From Christensenella sp. UBA1428 (lineage in GTDB: Bacteria > Bacillota > Clostridia > Christensenellales > UBA1750): a stretch of 64,000 bases of DNA. Below the pieces are notes generated by a model. That model saw only the letters and a list, made by a program, of their open reading frames with translations. It ran no database searches and was not told the origin of the DNA. The stretch covers positions 22,169 to 86,168 of the forward strand of contig DCTY01000036.1 of assembly GCA_002329335.1 (NCBI GenBank), read 5' to 3'. Position 1 is the stretch's first letter; the number at the start of each line of letters is the position of its first letter. Positions 9,259-18,302 of the stretch are shown here, piece after piece. A program made the position numbers and the translations under genes.

Positions 9259-9289
9259 GGGCGCGGTGCTTCAAACCGCGCCCGTTTTC
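9259..9289 (+). terminator. Rho-independent terminator of the uxaE-like gene
   Basis: GGGCGCGGT-GCTTCAA-ACCGCGCCC followed by GTTTTC. Confidence 0.8.
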
Positions 9290-9309
9290 GGTCCCGGGCA
9301 GGCGCCGCT

Positions 9310-9516
9310 TTGAAACGGCGTGTCCGGCATGGAAAGGAATGGCGCGCAATTAAGACCTTATATTACCAGCTGATTCGCTACGACGGCGACTACGCCGTTT
9401 TAAAGGACCGTACAAACGGGGAGGAAATTCTGGTGGCGCGGGCGTTTTTGCCCGAGCAGGCACAGGAGGGCTCCTTTTTACGCTATGAACTTCTCAGCTA
9501 TACCATGGACGAATAA
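9310..9516 (+). CDS. DUF3006-like small protein (start codon uncertain)
   Basis: Core IRYDGDYAVLKD...EEILVARAFLPE..EGSFL resembles DUF3006. No in-frame ATG; the track uses TTG at 9310. Confidence 0.5.
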   Translation: MKRRVRHGKEWRAIKTLYYQLIRYDGDYAVLKDRTNGEEILVARAFLPEQAQEGSFLRYELLSYTMDE

Positions 9517-9561
9517 AGCGCCGGCCGCGATCGTGCGCACGGCATACAGGGAGTACGATAC

Positions 9562-10935
9562 ATGACACAGCGTGTTCGGGATATGACGCAGGGAACGCCC
9601 TGGCGGCTTATTTTGACCTTTGCCCTGCCGCTGATGCTGGGCAATGTTTTTCAGCAGCTTTATACGATGACCGACGCGGCGATCGTCGGGCGTTTTGTCG
9701 GCGTGGAAGCGCTGGCGGCGCTGGGCGCGGTGGAGTGGCTGCACTGGCTTTTGTCCAGCACGGTGCAGGGCTTTGCGCAGGGCTTTGCCATTTTGATGGC
9801 GCAGCGGTTCGGCGCGGGCGACGCTGCCGGGCTCCAGAAAAGCACGGCGATGAGCATCGTCCTGCTGGTCGTTTTGTCGCCGGTCTTGACCGCCGTAAGC
9901 CTGTTGGGCGCGGCGCCGGTGCTGCGCCTGATGAACACGCCGGAAAACATCTTTGACGGCGCGCTGATCTATCTGCGAACGTATCTTTCCGGGCTGATTT
10001 TCATCGCCGCGCATAATTTCCTGGCCGCCGCGCTGCGGGCGCTGGGCAACAGCAAAACGCCGCTGTATGCGATGGTGATCGGCGCGGTTTTCAACGTCGG
10101 CGCGGATCTGTTTGCCGTCAATGTCCTTCATTGGGGGATTTTCGGCGCGGCGCTGGCGACCGTGCTGGCGCAGCTGGTCAGCGCGCTGATTTGTCTGTAT
10201 GCGGTTTTGCGCATCGATGTATTGCGTTTGCCAAAGGGCAGTTTTGCGCCAGACCGTCCGGTCGTCGGCAGGCTGATGCGCCTGGCGCTGCCCATGGCGT
10301 TTCAAAACGTGGTGATTTCTGTGGGCGGTATGGTGGTACAGGCGATCATCAACGGTTTTGGCTTTTTGTATGTGGCCGGATTTACGGCCACCAACAAGCT
10401 TTATGGGGCGCTGGAGGTCGCGGCGACCAGCTTTGGCCACGCCATGGCGACCTATACCGGGCAAAATCTCGGCGCCGGGAGCGTTTCGCGCATCAAGCGC
10501 GGCCTTCGAAGCGGCGTGGTGATGGGCACGCTGGTGGCGCTGGTCATTACCGTCGCGGCGCTGCTGTTTGGCCGGCCGGTTTTGAGCCTGTTTGTGACGG
10601 GCGACGCCGCCCAGGTGGCGCAGGTGGTGGAAATCGCCTATGAATACCTGAAAATCATGAGCCTGTTTTTGCCCATCCTTTACTGGCTTTATGTCTATCG
10701 CAGCGTGCTTCAGGGCATGGGCGATACCGTGGTGCCCATGGTTTCCGGCATGGTGGAACTGGCGATGCGCTGCGCCGCCGTGCTGCTTTTGCCGCGGATT
10801 ATCGGCGAGCGCGGGATCTTCTGGGCGGAGGTCGCCGCCTGGTTCGGCGCGGATCTGGTGCTGATCCCGGCCTATTATGCGCGCATTTACCGGCTGAACC
10901 GTCAGCTGCCCAAACCTGTTTCCCCTTTGAGTTAA
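9562..10935 (+). CDS. MATE-family efflux transporter
   Basis: 457 aa, about 12 TM segments. N-terminal PLMLGNVFQQLYTMTDAAIVGRF pattern typical of MATE. Confidence 0.9.
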   Translation: MTQRVRDMTQGTPWRLILTFALPLMLGNVFQQLYTMTDAAIVGRFVGVEALAALGAVEWLHWLLSSTVQGFAQGFAILMAQRFGAGDAAGLQKSTAMSIVLLVVLSPVLTAVSLLGAAPVLRLMNTPENIFDGALIYLRTYLSGLIFIAAHNFLAAALRALGNSKTPLYAMVIGAVFNVGADLFAVNVLHWGIFGAALATVLAQLVSALICLYAVLRIDVLRLPKGSFAPDRPVVGRLMRLALPMAFQNVVISVGGMVVQAIINGFGFLYVAGFTATNKLYGALEVAATSFGHAMATYTGQNLGAGSVSRIKRGLRSGVVMGTLVALVITVAALLFGRPVLSLFVTGDAAQVAQVVEIAYEYLKIMSLFLPILYWLYVYRSVLQGMGDTVVPMVSGMVELAMRCAAVLLLPRIIGERGIFWAEVAAWFGADLVLIPAYYARIYRLNRQLPKPVSPLS

Positions 10936-10961
10936 ACCGCCTTTTCGGCAAGGAGCGTACG

Positions 10962-12356
10962 ATGACCACAAGTCCCAAATTCAAACGCCTGATCGGCGAC
11001 AAAGCCTTTTATACTGCGGTGCTGGCCATTTCCGTGCCGATCATGGTGCAAAACGGCATTACCAATTTTGTCAGCCTGCTGGACAATCTGATGGTCGGCC
11101 AGGTCGGCACGGAGCAGATGTCCGGCGTGGCGATCGTCAACCAGATCCTGTTCGTCTTTAACCTTTGTATCTTCGGGGCGACCTCGGGCGCCGGCATTTT
11201 CTGCGCGCAATTTTTCGGCAGCGGCAATCATGAGGGCATCCGGGACGCGTTCCGTTTTAAAATTCTCATCTGCATCGGGTTGTGCATTGCCGGTACGGCG
11301 GTGTTTTTATCCGCCGGCGATCCGCTCATTGAGATGTTCCTGCACGAGGGCAGCGACAGCGGCGATCTGATGCTGACGCTCCAGAGCGGCCGGGCGTATC
11401 TGCGCATGATGCTGGTCGGGCTGATCTTTTTTGCGGTCAAGGACGCGTATGCCAGCACGCTGCGCGAGATGGGGCAGACGGTGCTGCCGATGAAGGCGGG
11501 CATTGCCGCGGTGCTGGTCAATCTGGTTTTTAACTATATTTTTATTTTCGGCAAGCTCGGGCTGCCGGCGATGGGCGTAGTCGGCGCGGCGCTGGCAACG
11601 GTGATTTCAAGAATCGTCGAGTGCGTCATCGTCGTTGCTTGGACGCACGCGCACAGCGCGCTTTGTCCGTTTATCCGCGGCGCGTATCAGAAATTCCGAA
11701 TTCCGCTGTCGCTTTGCCGGCAGATTCTGGCCAAGGGCATGCCCCTGCTGGTCAACGAAGGGCTTTGGTCGCTGGCGATGACGGTTTTGATGCAGTGCTA
11801 TTCCCTGCGCGGTCTGGCCGTTGTTGCGGCGATGAACATTGCCTCCACGATCAACAATTTGTTCTCCATCGTGTTTATGTCGATGGGCAACGCGGTGGCG
11901 ATCATCTCCGGCCGCCTGCTGGGCGCAAACGAGCACGAGCAGGCGCGGCTGAGCGTTTCGCGCATGATCGCGTTTTCCGTAGCGGTCGCCGCCGTGGTTG
12001 GAGCGGTGGTGGCCTGTCTGTCGCATCTTTTTCCCGCGCTTTACAACACGACCGACGAGGTGCGCGCCCTGGCGGCCAAGTTTATTTTGATCGTCGCCTG
12101 CGTTATGCCGATCCATGCGTTTAACCATGCGTCCTATTTCGCGCTGCGCTCCGGCGGCAAGACCATCGTCACCTTCTTTTTTGACAGCGTCTATACCTGG
12201 GTGGTGTGCGTTCCGCTGGCGTTTTATCTGTCGCGCTTTACTGCCATGCCGATCGTACCGCTTTATGCCATTGTGCAGAGCGTGGATCTGATCAAATGCA
12301 CGGTGGGCTATATCTTGATAAAAAAAGGCGTTTGGGTCAACAATATCGTTGCCTGA
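10962..12356 (+). CDS. MATE-family efflux transporter
   Basis: 464 aa, polytopic. PIMVQNGITNFVSLLDNLMVGQ pattern. RBS AAGGAG. Confidence 0.9.
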   Translation: MTTSPKFKRLIGDKAFYTAVLAISVPIMVQNGITNFVSLLDNLMVGQVGTEQMSGVAIVNQILFVFNLCIFGATSGAGIFCAQFFGSGNHEGIRDAFRFKILICIGLCIAGTAVFLSAGDPLIEMFLHEGSDSGDLMLTLQSGRAYLRMMLVGLIFFAVKDAYASTLREMGQTVLPMKAGIAAVLVNLVFNYIFIFGKLGLPAMGVVGAALATVISRIVECVIVVAWTHAHSALCPFIRGAYQKFRIPLSLCRQILAKGMPLLVNEGLWSLAMTVLMQCYSLRGLAVVAAMNIASTINNLFSIVFMSMGNAVAIISGRLLGANEHEQARLSVSRMIAFSVAVAAVVGAVVACLSHLFPALYNTTDEVRALAAKFILIVACVMPIHAFNHASYFALRSGGKTIVTFFFDSVYTWVVCVPLAFYLSRFTAMPIVPLYAIVQSVDLIKCTVGYILIKKGVWVNNIVA

Positions 12357-12376
12357 ACAAAAAAGGAGGGCCGCTT

Positions 12377-14134
12377 ATGATTAACGGCAGTACCCAGGGC
12401 ATCCGTGCGTCCATACTGGCGCAGATGGAAACCCTGTATGAAATCCAGACAGACCGGGACGAATTCGCTTCGCAGGCGCTCTTAACCGCGATGGCGGCCT
12501 TTACCGGGATTTTACAGCGGGAAATCGCCGTATATCTGGACCGGACGGGCGATGTGGTCGACGTCAGCGTCGGCGACAGCACGACCGTGCCGCTTCAGAA
12601 TCTGCGCGTCCGCCGCAGCCAAAGCCGCCTTTGCGGCCTGCGCTGCATTCACACGCATCCCGGCGGGGACGCGACGCTCTCCGCAGTGGATCTTCAATCC
12701 CTTCAAAAGCTGCGTTTGGATGCGATGGCCGCGCTGGGCGTCAAGGACGGCGGACAGGCCAGCGCGCTGATGCCGGCGTTTTTGATTCCCGACGCCAACG
12801 GCGTGCCCGCGCCGGTATGCGAAGCGCCCCGGGGGATTTATCAGATTCCCCAGCGGGAATGGATGGCGCGCATCTATGACAGCGACGAGCTGATCGGCAA
12901 AACGGCGGAGCAGCAGGATGAAACCGAACGCGCGATCCTGGTCGCATTGGAAGATGCCCAGAGCGAATCGGTCAAGGAACTGGCCAGCCTGGCCAAGACC
13001 GCAGGCGTTGCGGTTTGCGGGGTGGTGACGCAGAAAAGCGCCGGCATCGATCCGGCAACGTATATCGGCAAGGGCAAGGCGCAGGAGCTATCCTTGACCG
13101 CGCAGGCGCTGGACGCGGACGTATGCATTTTCAACGACGAGCTGTCCGGCGCGCAGATCCGCAATCTGGAAAATGAGGTGGGCTGCCGGATCATTGACCG
13201 TACGACGCTGATTTTGGATATTTTCGCCCAGCGCGCACAGTCGCGCGAGGGCAAGCTGCAGGTGGAACTGGCGCAGCTGCGCTACAATTCCTCACGGCTG
13301 ACCGGTCTGGGCATCGCCATGTCGCGCCTGGGCGGCGGCATCGGCACGCGCGGCCCCGGCGAAACCAAGCTGGAAACCGACCGGCGCCATATCCGCAGCC
13401 GTATCGGCGAAATCGAGCGGGAAATTGCTGCCATTGACAAAAACCGCAGCGTGCGCAGAGCCCGGCGGGAACGCAACGAGGTGCCGGTATGCGCGCTGGT
13501 GGGCTATACCAACGCCGGCAAATCCACGCTGCTCAACGCGCTTTCCGGCGCGGACGTTTTTGTGCAGGACGCGCTTTTCGCCACGCTGGATCCCACGACC
13601 CGGCGCATCGAGCTGCCGGACGACGGCCCCTGCCTTCTGGTCGATACCGTCGGGTTTATCAGCAAACTGCCCCATGCGCTGGTGGACGCCTTTAAGTCCA
13701 CTCTGGAGGAAGCTCTGTATGCCGACCTGCTTTTGATCGTTGCCGACGCCTCCAATCCCAATTTCCCGATGCAGCAGCAGGTGGTGGATGAGGTGCTGGC
13801 GCAGCTGGGGGCGGCGGAAAAACCGCGGCTTCTGGTTCTTAACAAGACCGACCGGGATTCAGCGCACGGCCTGGCGGATGCAAAAGACGCAGTAGCCATT
13901 TCCGCCAAAACCGGCAAGGGGCTGGATACGCTTTTGTCCGCCATCGAGCAGGCGCTTGCGCGCGGGCGTGTGCAGGCGCAGCTGCTGGTACCCTATGCCC
14001 GGGGCGATGTGGCGGCGTTTATCCACAAATACGGCATCGTGGCGGCGGAAAGCTATCAGGATCAGGGCACGCTTTTTGATTTTTCGATGGATCGTATTTC
14101 CTTTGGCCGTGTGACCAAGATGTTGGAAGGGTAA
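12377..14134 (+). CDS. hflX: GTPase HflX with an approximately 185-aa N-terminal JAMM/MPN-like extension
   Basis: HflX-N motif IIDRTTLILDIFAQRAQSREGKLQVELAQL. G1 GYTNAGKST, G3 DTVGF, G4 NKTD. N-terminal IHTHPGGDATLSAVD. RBS AAAGGAGGG. Confidence 0.9.
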   Translation: MINGSTQGIRASILAQMETLYEIQTDRDEFASQALLTAMAAFTGILQREIAVYLDRTGDVVDVSVGDSTTVPLQNLRVRRSQSRLCGLRCIHTHPGGDATLSAVDLQSLQKLRLDAMAALGVKDGGQASALMPAFLIPDANGVPAPVCEAPRGIYQIPQREWMARIYDSDELIGKTAEQQDETERAILVALEDAQSESVKELASLAKTAGVAVCGVVTQKSAGIDPATYIGKGKAQELSLTAQALDADVCIFNDELSGAQIRNLENEVGCRIIDRTTLILDIFAQRAQSREGKLQVELAQLRYNSSRLTGLGIAMSRLGGGIGTRGPGETKLETDRRHIRSRIGEIEREIAAIDKNRSVRRARRERNEVPVCALVGYTNAGKSTLLNALSGADVFVQDALFATLDPTTRRIELPDDGPCLLVDTVGFISKLPHALVDAFKSTLEEALYADLLLIVADASNPNFPMQQQVVDEVLAQLGAAEKPRLLVLNKTDRDSAHGLADAKDAVAISAKTGKGLDTLLSAIEQALARGRVQAQLLVPYARGDVAAFIHKYGIVAAESYQDQGTLFDFSMDRISFGRVTKMLEG

Positions 14135-14135
14135 A

Positions 14136-16637
14136 ATGGACATCAAAGAAACGAAAGCCGCCGGTTGTTCGGCGGCTTTTGCCGCATCCGAAAAAACGCA
14201 GATACGCGTCAGCGCCCGCGCAATGGCCGAGGCGGTCCATGTCGGCGGCGATTTGTTTGCCGCCGGGGCGTTTGAAGTGCTCAACGACGCCGCGCAGGCG
14301 CATCGCGACTGGCAGCGCGAGCAAAAGCAAACCGAATACCGCGCCGAGGTATCGGTCAGTACCGACATTGAAAGCGAGCATTTTTGTTTTCATGTAACCG
14401 GAAGAATCGACGGATTGATTCAAAATGACCAGGGCGTTACCGTTCAGGAAATCAAAACCGTCGGACAGGATGCGCCGCTGGTTTTGGAAAGTGCAAATCC
14501 GGCCTATTGGGCGCAGGCCATTGCGTACGGGTATATGCTCTGCCGCCTTGAAAACCTGCCGGGGCTGACGGTGCAGCTGTTGTACCTTGGCCGGCAGGAC
14601 GGCAGCCGTCAGGCCTATAACCGGCCGATGACGGCAAAGCAGCTGGAGCAGGCTTTTTTTCAAACCGCAAACGTGTATATGGACGCGCGCGAGCGCGAAT
14701 GGGCCCGCCGCCGGCAGCTGTGCGATTCGGTTGAGAAGCTGGGGTTTCCGTTTCCCGCTTACCGCGAAGGGCAGCGCACGATGATGAAATATGCGTATCT
14801 TGCGGCGCTTGACGGCCGGCGTGTGTTCGTTCAGGCGCCCACCGGCACGGGCAAAACCGCCGCCGCGCTGTATCCTGCCATACAGGCGCTCCGGCAGGGC
14901 GCGATCAGCCGCGTGTTTTATCTGACGGCGCAGGGGACCAACGCCGCTGCGGCGCTTGGCCTGCTGCAGAAGCTGTGCGGGGCAGGGCTGGACGCGCGCG
15001 TATGCCGGATCCGCGCAAAGGACGACGTTTGCCCGATGCCGGTGCGCAGCTGTTCGGACGCCTGTCCGTATGCCAATGGGTATTTTGACCGCGCGCCAAA
15101 GGCAGTAGAGGCGCTTTTGGATCGGGGCGGTGTGTTTGACGCGCCTGAAATCCTTGAGGCGGCGATGCAGGCGCAGGTTTGTCCCCATGAATTTACGCTG
15201 GATTTATCGCTGGGCTGCGAGGTTATCGTGGGCGATTATAACTATGCGTTTGATCCGCGCGCGGGACTCAAGCGCTATTTTACCAACGGCGGCGACTATC
15301 AGCTGCTGGTGGACGAGGCGCATGCGCTGCCGGACCGGGCGCGCGCCATGTTCAGCGCGCAGGTCAGCTTTGCCGGATTTGCCGCGCTGCGCAGGCAATT
15401 GGGCGTTTCCGGACGGCGCAGTGCATTTTACCGGGCGACGGCAAAAGCGGCAAGGGCGTTGGCGCAGATCGAAAAGGACGAGGCGTTTTTAGCAGGTGAA
15501 AATATGGACGAGCCGGCCCTTGACGCTTTGCCGGCGCAGGACGCAGACGTGCCGCTCAATAAAGAGGCGCCGGAAAATCATCCGATGGGATTGCCGCGCC
15601 GGGTGGCCTGCGCCCAAATGCCGCAGACCGTTTTGGAGGCGCTGACCAACTGGCACAGCGAGGCGCAGGCGCATCTGCCGCAGGCCGGCGCGATTTTGAG
15701 GGAGCTGTTTTTTGAAACGCAGCATTTTCTTTCCATGTGCCGGCTTGCGCAGCGGCAGCCGGAGGGCGCGCCGCGGCATCAGTTTTTGATCACCCGGGGA
15801 AAAACCTGCGCAAAGGTGGAGCTGCTTTGCCTGGATGCGTCGATATATCTGCGCCAGGTGCTGGATAAATGCCAAAGCGCGCTGTTTTTTTCCGCCACGT
15901 TTTCGCCGGTGGAATACTATAAACGCCTTTGCGGCGGTCAGGAAAGCGACGCGCACGCCCTTTTGCCGTCGCCCTATGACCCCGGGCGATTGTGCGTACT
16001 GCATTTGCCGGTGCGCGTGTCCTACCAGTACCGGGCGCAGGCGCTTTGTACGGTAACGCAGGCGCTTTATCAAATGGTCTGCGCCAAATCCGGGCATTAT
16101 ATGGCCTTTTTTCCATCATACGCCTATTTAAACCAGGCCTTTGAGGCGTTTACCGCCCGCTATCCGCAGATACCGGTTCGAAAAACCGACCCGGATGAAT
16201 CCGCGCAAACCCGGGCGGCGCTGATCGATACGCTCCAATGCCGCATCGATGGGCCGCTTTTGGTATTTGCGGTTTTGGGCGGCGTGTTTGCCCAGAGCGT
16301 GGACCTTCCCGGCGATGCGCTCATTGGCTGCGCCATCGTTACGGTCGGCCTGCCGCGGCTGGATCCATCGACGCGCCTGCTGCGCGCCTATTTTGATCAG
16401 TCCGGTCAAAACGGTTTTGACTGCGCGCTGCGCTATCCCGGCCTTTGCCGTGCCATACAGGCCGCCGGGCGCGTGATCCGCTGCGAAAGCGACCGCGGTG
16501 TTGTGCTGCTGATCGACCAGCGCTATGGACAGCCGGACTATGCTTCCCTGCTGCCGCCGCATTGGCGCGTCATGCCGGTAAACGGGCCGGAGGATTTGTC
16601 CGCGCAGCTTGACAACTTCTGGCGAAAAACGGTATAA
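14136..16637 (+). CDS. XPD/DinG-family (Rad3-like) Fe-S helicase fused to an N-terminal RecB-like PD-(D/E)xK nuclease domain
   Basis: Nuclease motifs GRIDGL, QEIKT, QAIAY. Helicase motif I APTGTGKT and motif II DEAH. Cys cluster C..C..C and VCPHEF between motifs I and II. ATG is 1 nt after the hflX stop. Confidence 0.85.
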   Translation: MDIKETKAAGCSAAFAASEKTQIRVSARAMAEAVHVGGDLFAAGAFEVLNDAAQAHRDWQREQKQTEYRAEVSVSTDIESEHFCFHVTGRIDGLIQNDQGVTVQEIKTVGQDAPLVLESANPAYWAQAIAYGYMLCRLENLPGLTVQLLYLGRQDGSRQAYNRPMTAKQLEQAFFQTANVYMDAREREWARRRQLCDSVEKLGFPFPAYREGQRTMMKYAYLAALDGRRVFVQAPTGTGKTAAALYPAIQALRQGAISRVFYLTAQGTNAAAALGLLQKLCGAGLDARVCRIRAKDDVCPMPVRSCSDACPYANGYFDRAPKAVEALLDRGGVFDAPEILEAAMQAQVCPHEFTLDLSLGCEVIVGDYNYAFDPRAGLKRYFTNGGDYQLLVDEAHALPDRARAMFSAQVSFAGFAALRRQLGVSGRRSAFYRATAKAARALAQIEKDEAFLAGENMDEPALDALPAQDADVPLNKEAPENHPMGLPRRVACAQMPQTVLEALTNWHSEAQAHLPQAGAILRELFFETQHFLSMCRLAQRQPEGAPRHQFLITRGKTCAKVELLCLDASIYLRQVLDKCQSALFFSATFSPVEYYKRLCGGQESDAHALLPSPYDPGRLCVLHLPVRVSYQYRAQALCTVTQALYQMVCAKSGHYMAFFPSYAYLNQAFEAFTARYPQIPVRKTDPDESAQTRAALIDTLQCRIDGPLLVFAVLGGVFAQSVDLPGDALIGCAIVTVGLPRLDPSTRLLRAYFDQSGQNGFDCALRYPGLCRAIQAAGRVIRCESDRGVVLLIDQRYGQPDYASLLPPHWRVMPVNGPEDLSAQLDNFWRKTV

Positions 16638-16793
16638 TGCCGAAAGATACATCGTTTTGTCCTGAAATTCGAACTGCATAAAACCGCGCGGCGCGTGCGC
16701 AAAGGGTCTGTTTGGCCTTTTTGTCCAAAATCAGCGGCGCGGGAGCAGGCTGCCGTTTTCGGACAAAAGCGCAGACAGAAAGGGGTTCCTGTA

Positions 16794-17879
16794 TTGGAAC
16801 AGGTTTTGTATTTTCTGGCAACGGTCGCTGTGGGGACGGCGGGCGGACTGTTGGCAAAAAAGGCCAAAATGCCCGCAGGCGGCATGGTCGGCGCGATGAT
16901 CGCGACGATCATTTTTAACGTCTGGCTGGAAAAGGGCGTGTTCCCTGCGCAGCTGCGCACCGTGATTCAGATTTTTACCGGCGCGATGATCGGCAGCAAG
17001 ATGCGCCGGCAGGACGTCGCTGCAATCCGGCATCTGGCACTGCCGATGGTGATTGTGTTAATCAGCGTTTTTTCGATGAACCTGCTGTGCGCCTGGGGGA
17101 TGTACCGTGCCAGCACGCTGGATCTGGCAACCTGCCTTTTTGCCACCGCGCCGGGCGGCATGAGCGACATGCCGCTTATCGGAGCGGAACTGGGCGGAAA
17201 TCCGGGCTATATCGCCATTTTGCAGCTGGTGCGGATTTTGCCGATTTTTGTATTGATGCCGCCGATTTTTAAAAAACTGGTTGCATGGGACGCCAAAAAG
17301 CATCCGGCGCCCGTTTGCGAGGCCCCGGCTTCCACCCGCGCGGGGACGAGTCCGGCCAAACCCGTGCTGGACGAAAAAACCAAAATCCTGCGTTTTTTGC
17401 TCACCGTCGCCGCATCGTCGGCGGGCGGGCTGCTGTTTAAGGCGCTGGGCGTGCCGGCGGGCGCGATGATCGGTTCCATGCTCTTTTCCATCCTCTTTTC
17501 CGTGTCAACCGACCGGGCGTATTATCCCGGCGGGATGCGGATCATCACCCAGATTGCCTCGGGGATTTATATTGGCCTGCGCATGGACCGGGCCGGACTG
17601 ATGAACCTGACCCAGCTGGCGGTGCCTGCGCTGCTGGTAGCGCTGGCTGTTTGCGCGTTTACCGCGCTTTGCGCGCTGGTGCTCTATAAGTGTACGAAGC
17701 TGCCGCTGGCGACCTGCCTGATGGTTTCCACGCCGGGCGGCGTGCAGGAGATGGCGCTGCTGGCGGACGACCTGGGCGCCGACGTGCCCACCATCGCGGT
17801 GATGCAAAGCGTGCGGCTGATGACGGTCGCGGCCGTTGCGCCCACCGCGCTTGCCGCGCTGCTGTCCGCAATGGCCTGA
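16794..17879 (+). CDS. AbrB-family (AmoA-like duplication) integral membrane protein
   Basis: Two internally repeated halves (GGLLAKKAKMPAGGMVGAMIA and GGLLFKALGVPAGAMIGSML; APGGMSDM and TPGGVQEM). TTG start with RBS GAAAGGGG. Confidence 0.75.
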   Translation: MEQVLYFLATVAVGTAGGLLAKKAKMPAGGMVGAMIATIIFNVWLEKGVFPAQLRTVIQIFTGAMIGSKMRRQDVAAIRHLALPMVIVLISVFSMNLLCAWGMYRASTLDLATCLFATAPGGMSDMPLIGAELGGNPGYIAILQLVRILPIFVLMPPIFKKLVAWDAKKHPAPVCEAPASTRAGTSPAKPVLDEKTKILRFLLTVAASSAGGLLFKALGVPAGAMIGSMLFSILFSVSTDRAYYPGGMRIITQIASGIYIGLRMDRAGLMNLTQLAVPALLVALAVCAFTALCALVLYKCTKLPLATCLMVSTPGGVQEMALLADDLGADVPTIAVMQSVRLMTVAAVAPTALAALLSAMA

Positions 17880-17939
17880 AGAAACTGCGCGGGCGCCGTG
17901 CAGAAGATCCTTTTTCCCTGTTTTATTCCAATGCCGCTG

Positions 17940-18138
17940 ATGACAGCCTCAAATGAAACCTGCGATTTCATTTGAACAGCTCCGCCGTGCGCCGAAAGAT
18001 ACTTGCAGGGCTGCAAAGTACGAAAATCGAACGATTTTCGTCCGCTTAGCGGCAAAGCCGGCAATGCTGGGATGGAACGTCAAGAGGGCTTCGTTTCCCT
18101 GACAAGCCCTTCTTAAGGATATTTTTTTGACATGCTCA
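17940..18138 (+). repeat. Multi-hairpin intergenic repeat, copy B (lacks the left half of the first hairpin)
   Basis: Aligns with copy A from GACAGCCTCAAATGAAA to TTTTTTTGACATGCT. Flanked by AATGCCGCTG at 17930-17939 and 18139-18148. Confidence 0.9.
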
Positions 18139-18140
18139 AA

Positions 18141-18167
18141 TGCCGCTGCTCACAGCGGCATTTTTTT
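18141..18167 (+). terminator. Rho-independent terminator after the AbrB-family gene
   Basis: TGCCGCTG-CTCA-CAGCGGCA followed by TTTTTTT. Confidence 0.85.
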
Positions 18168-18302
18168 GCGCGGAAATCCGGTTATGACAAAAAACTAAAC
18201 TGGATTGGAAAAATCTCAAAAACGCGCGATTTTATCCGCTGCACCGCTTGAAGATGCGCAAGATTTGCGTATATAATAATGCAAACGAAAGGAGAATTGC
18301 AT

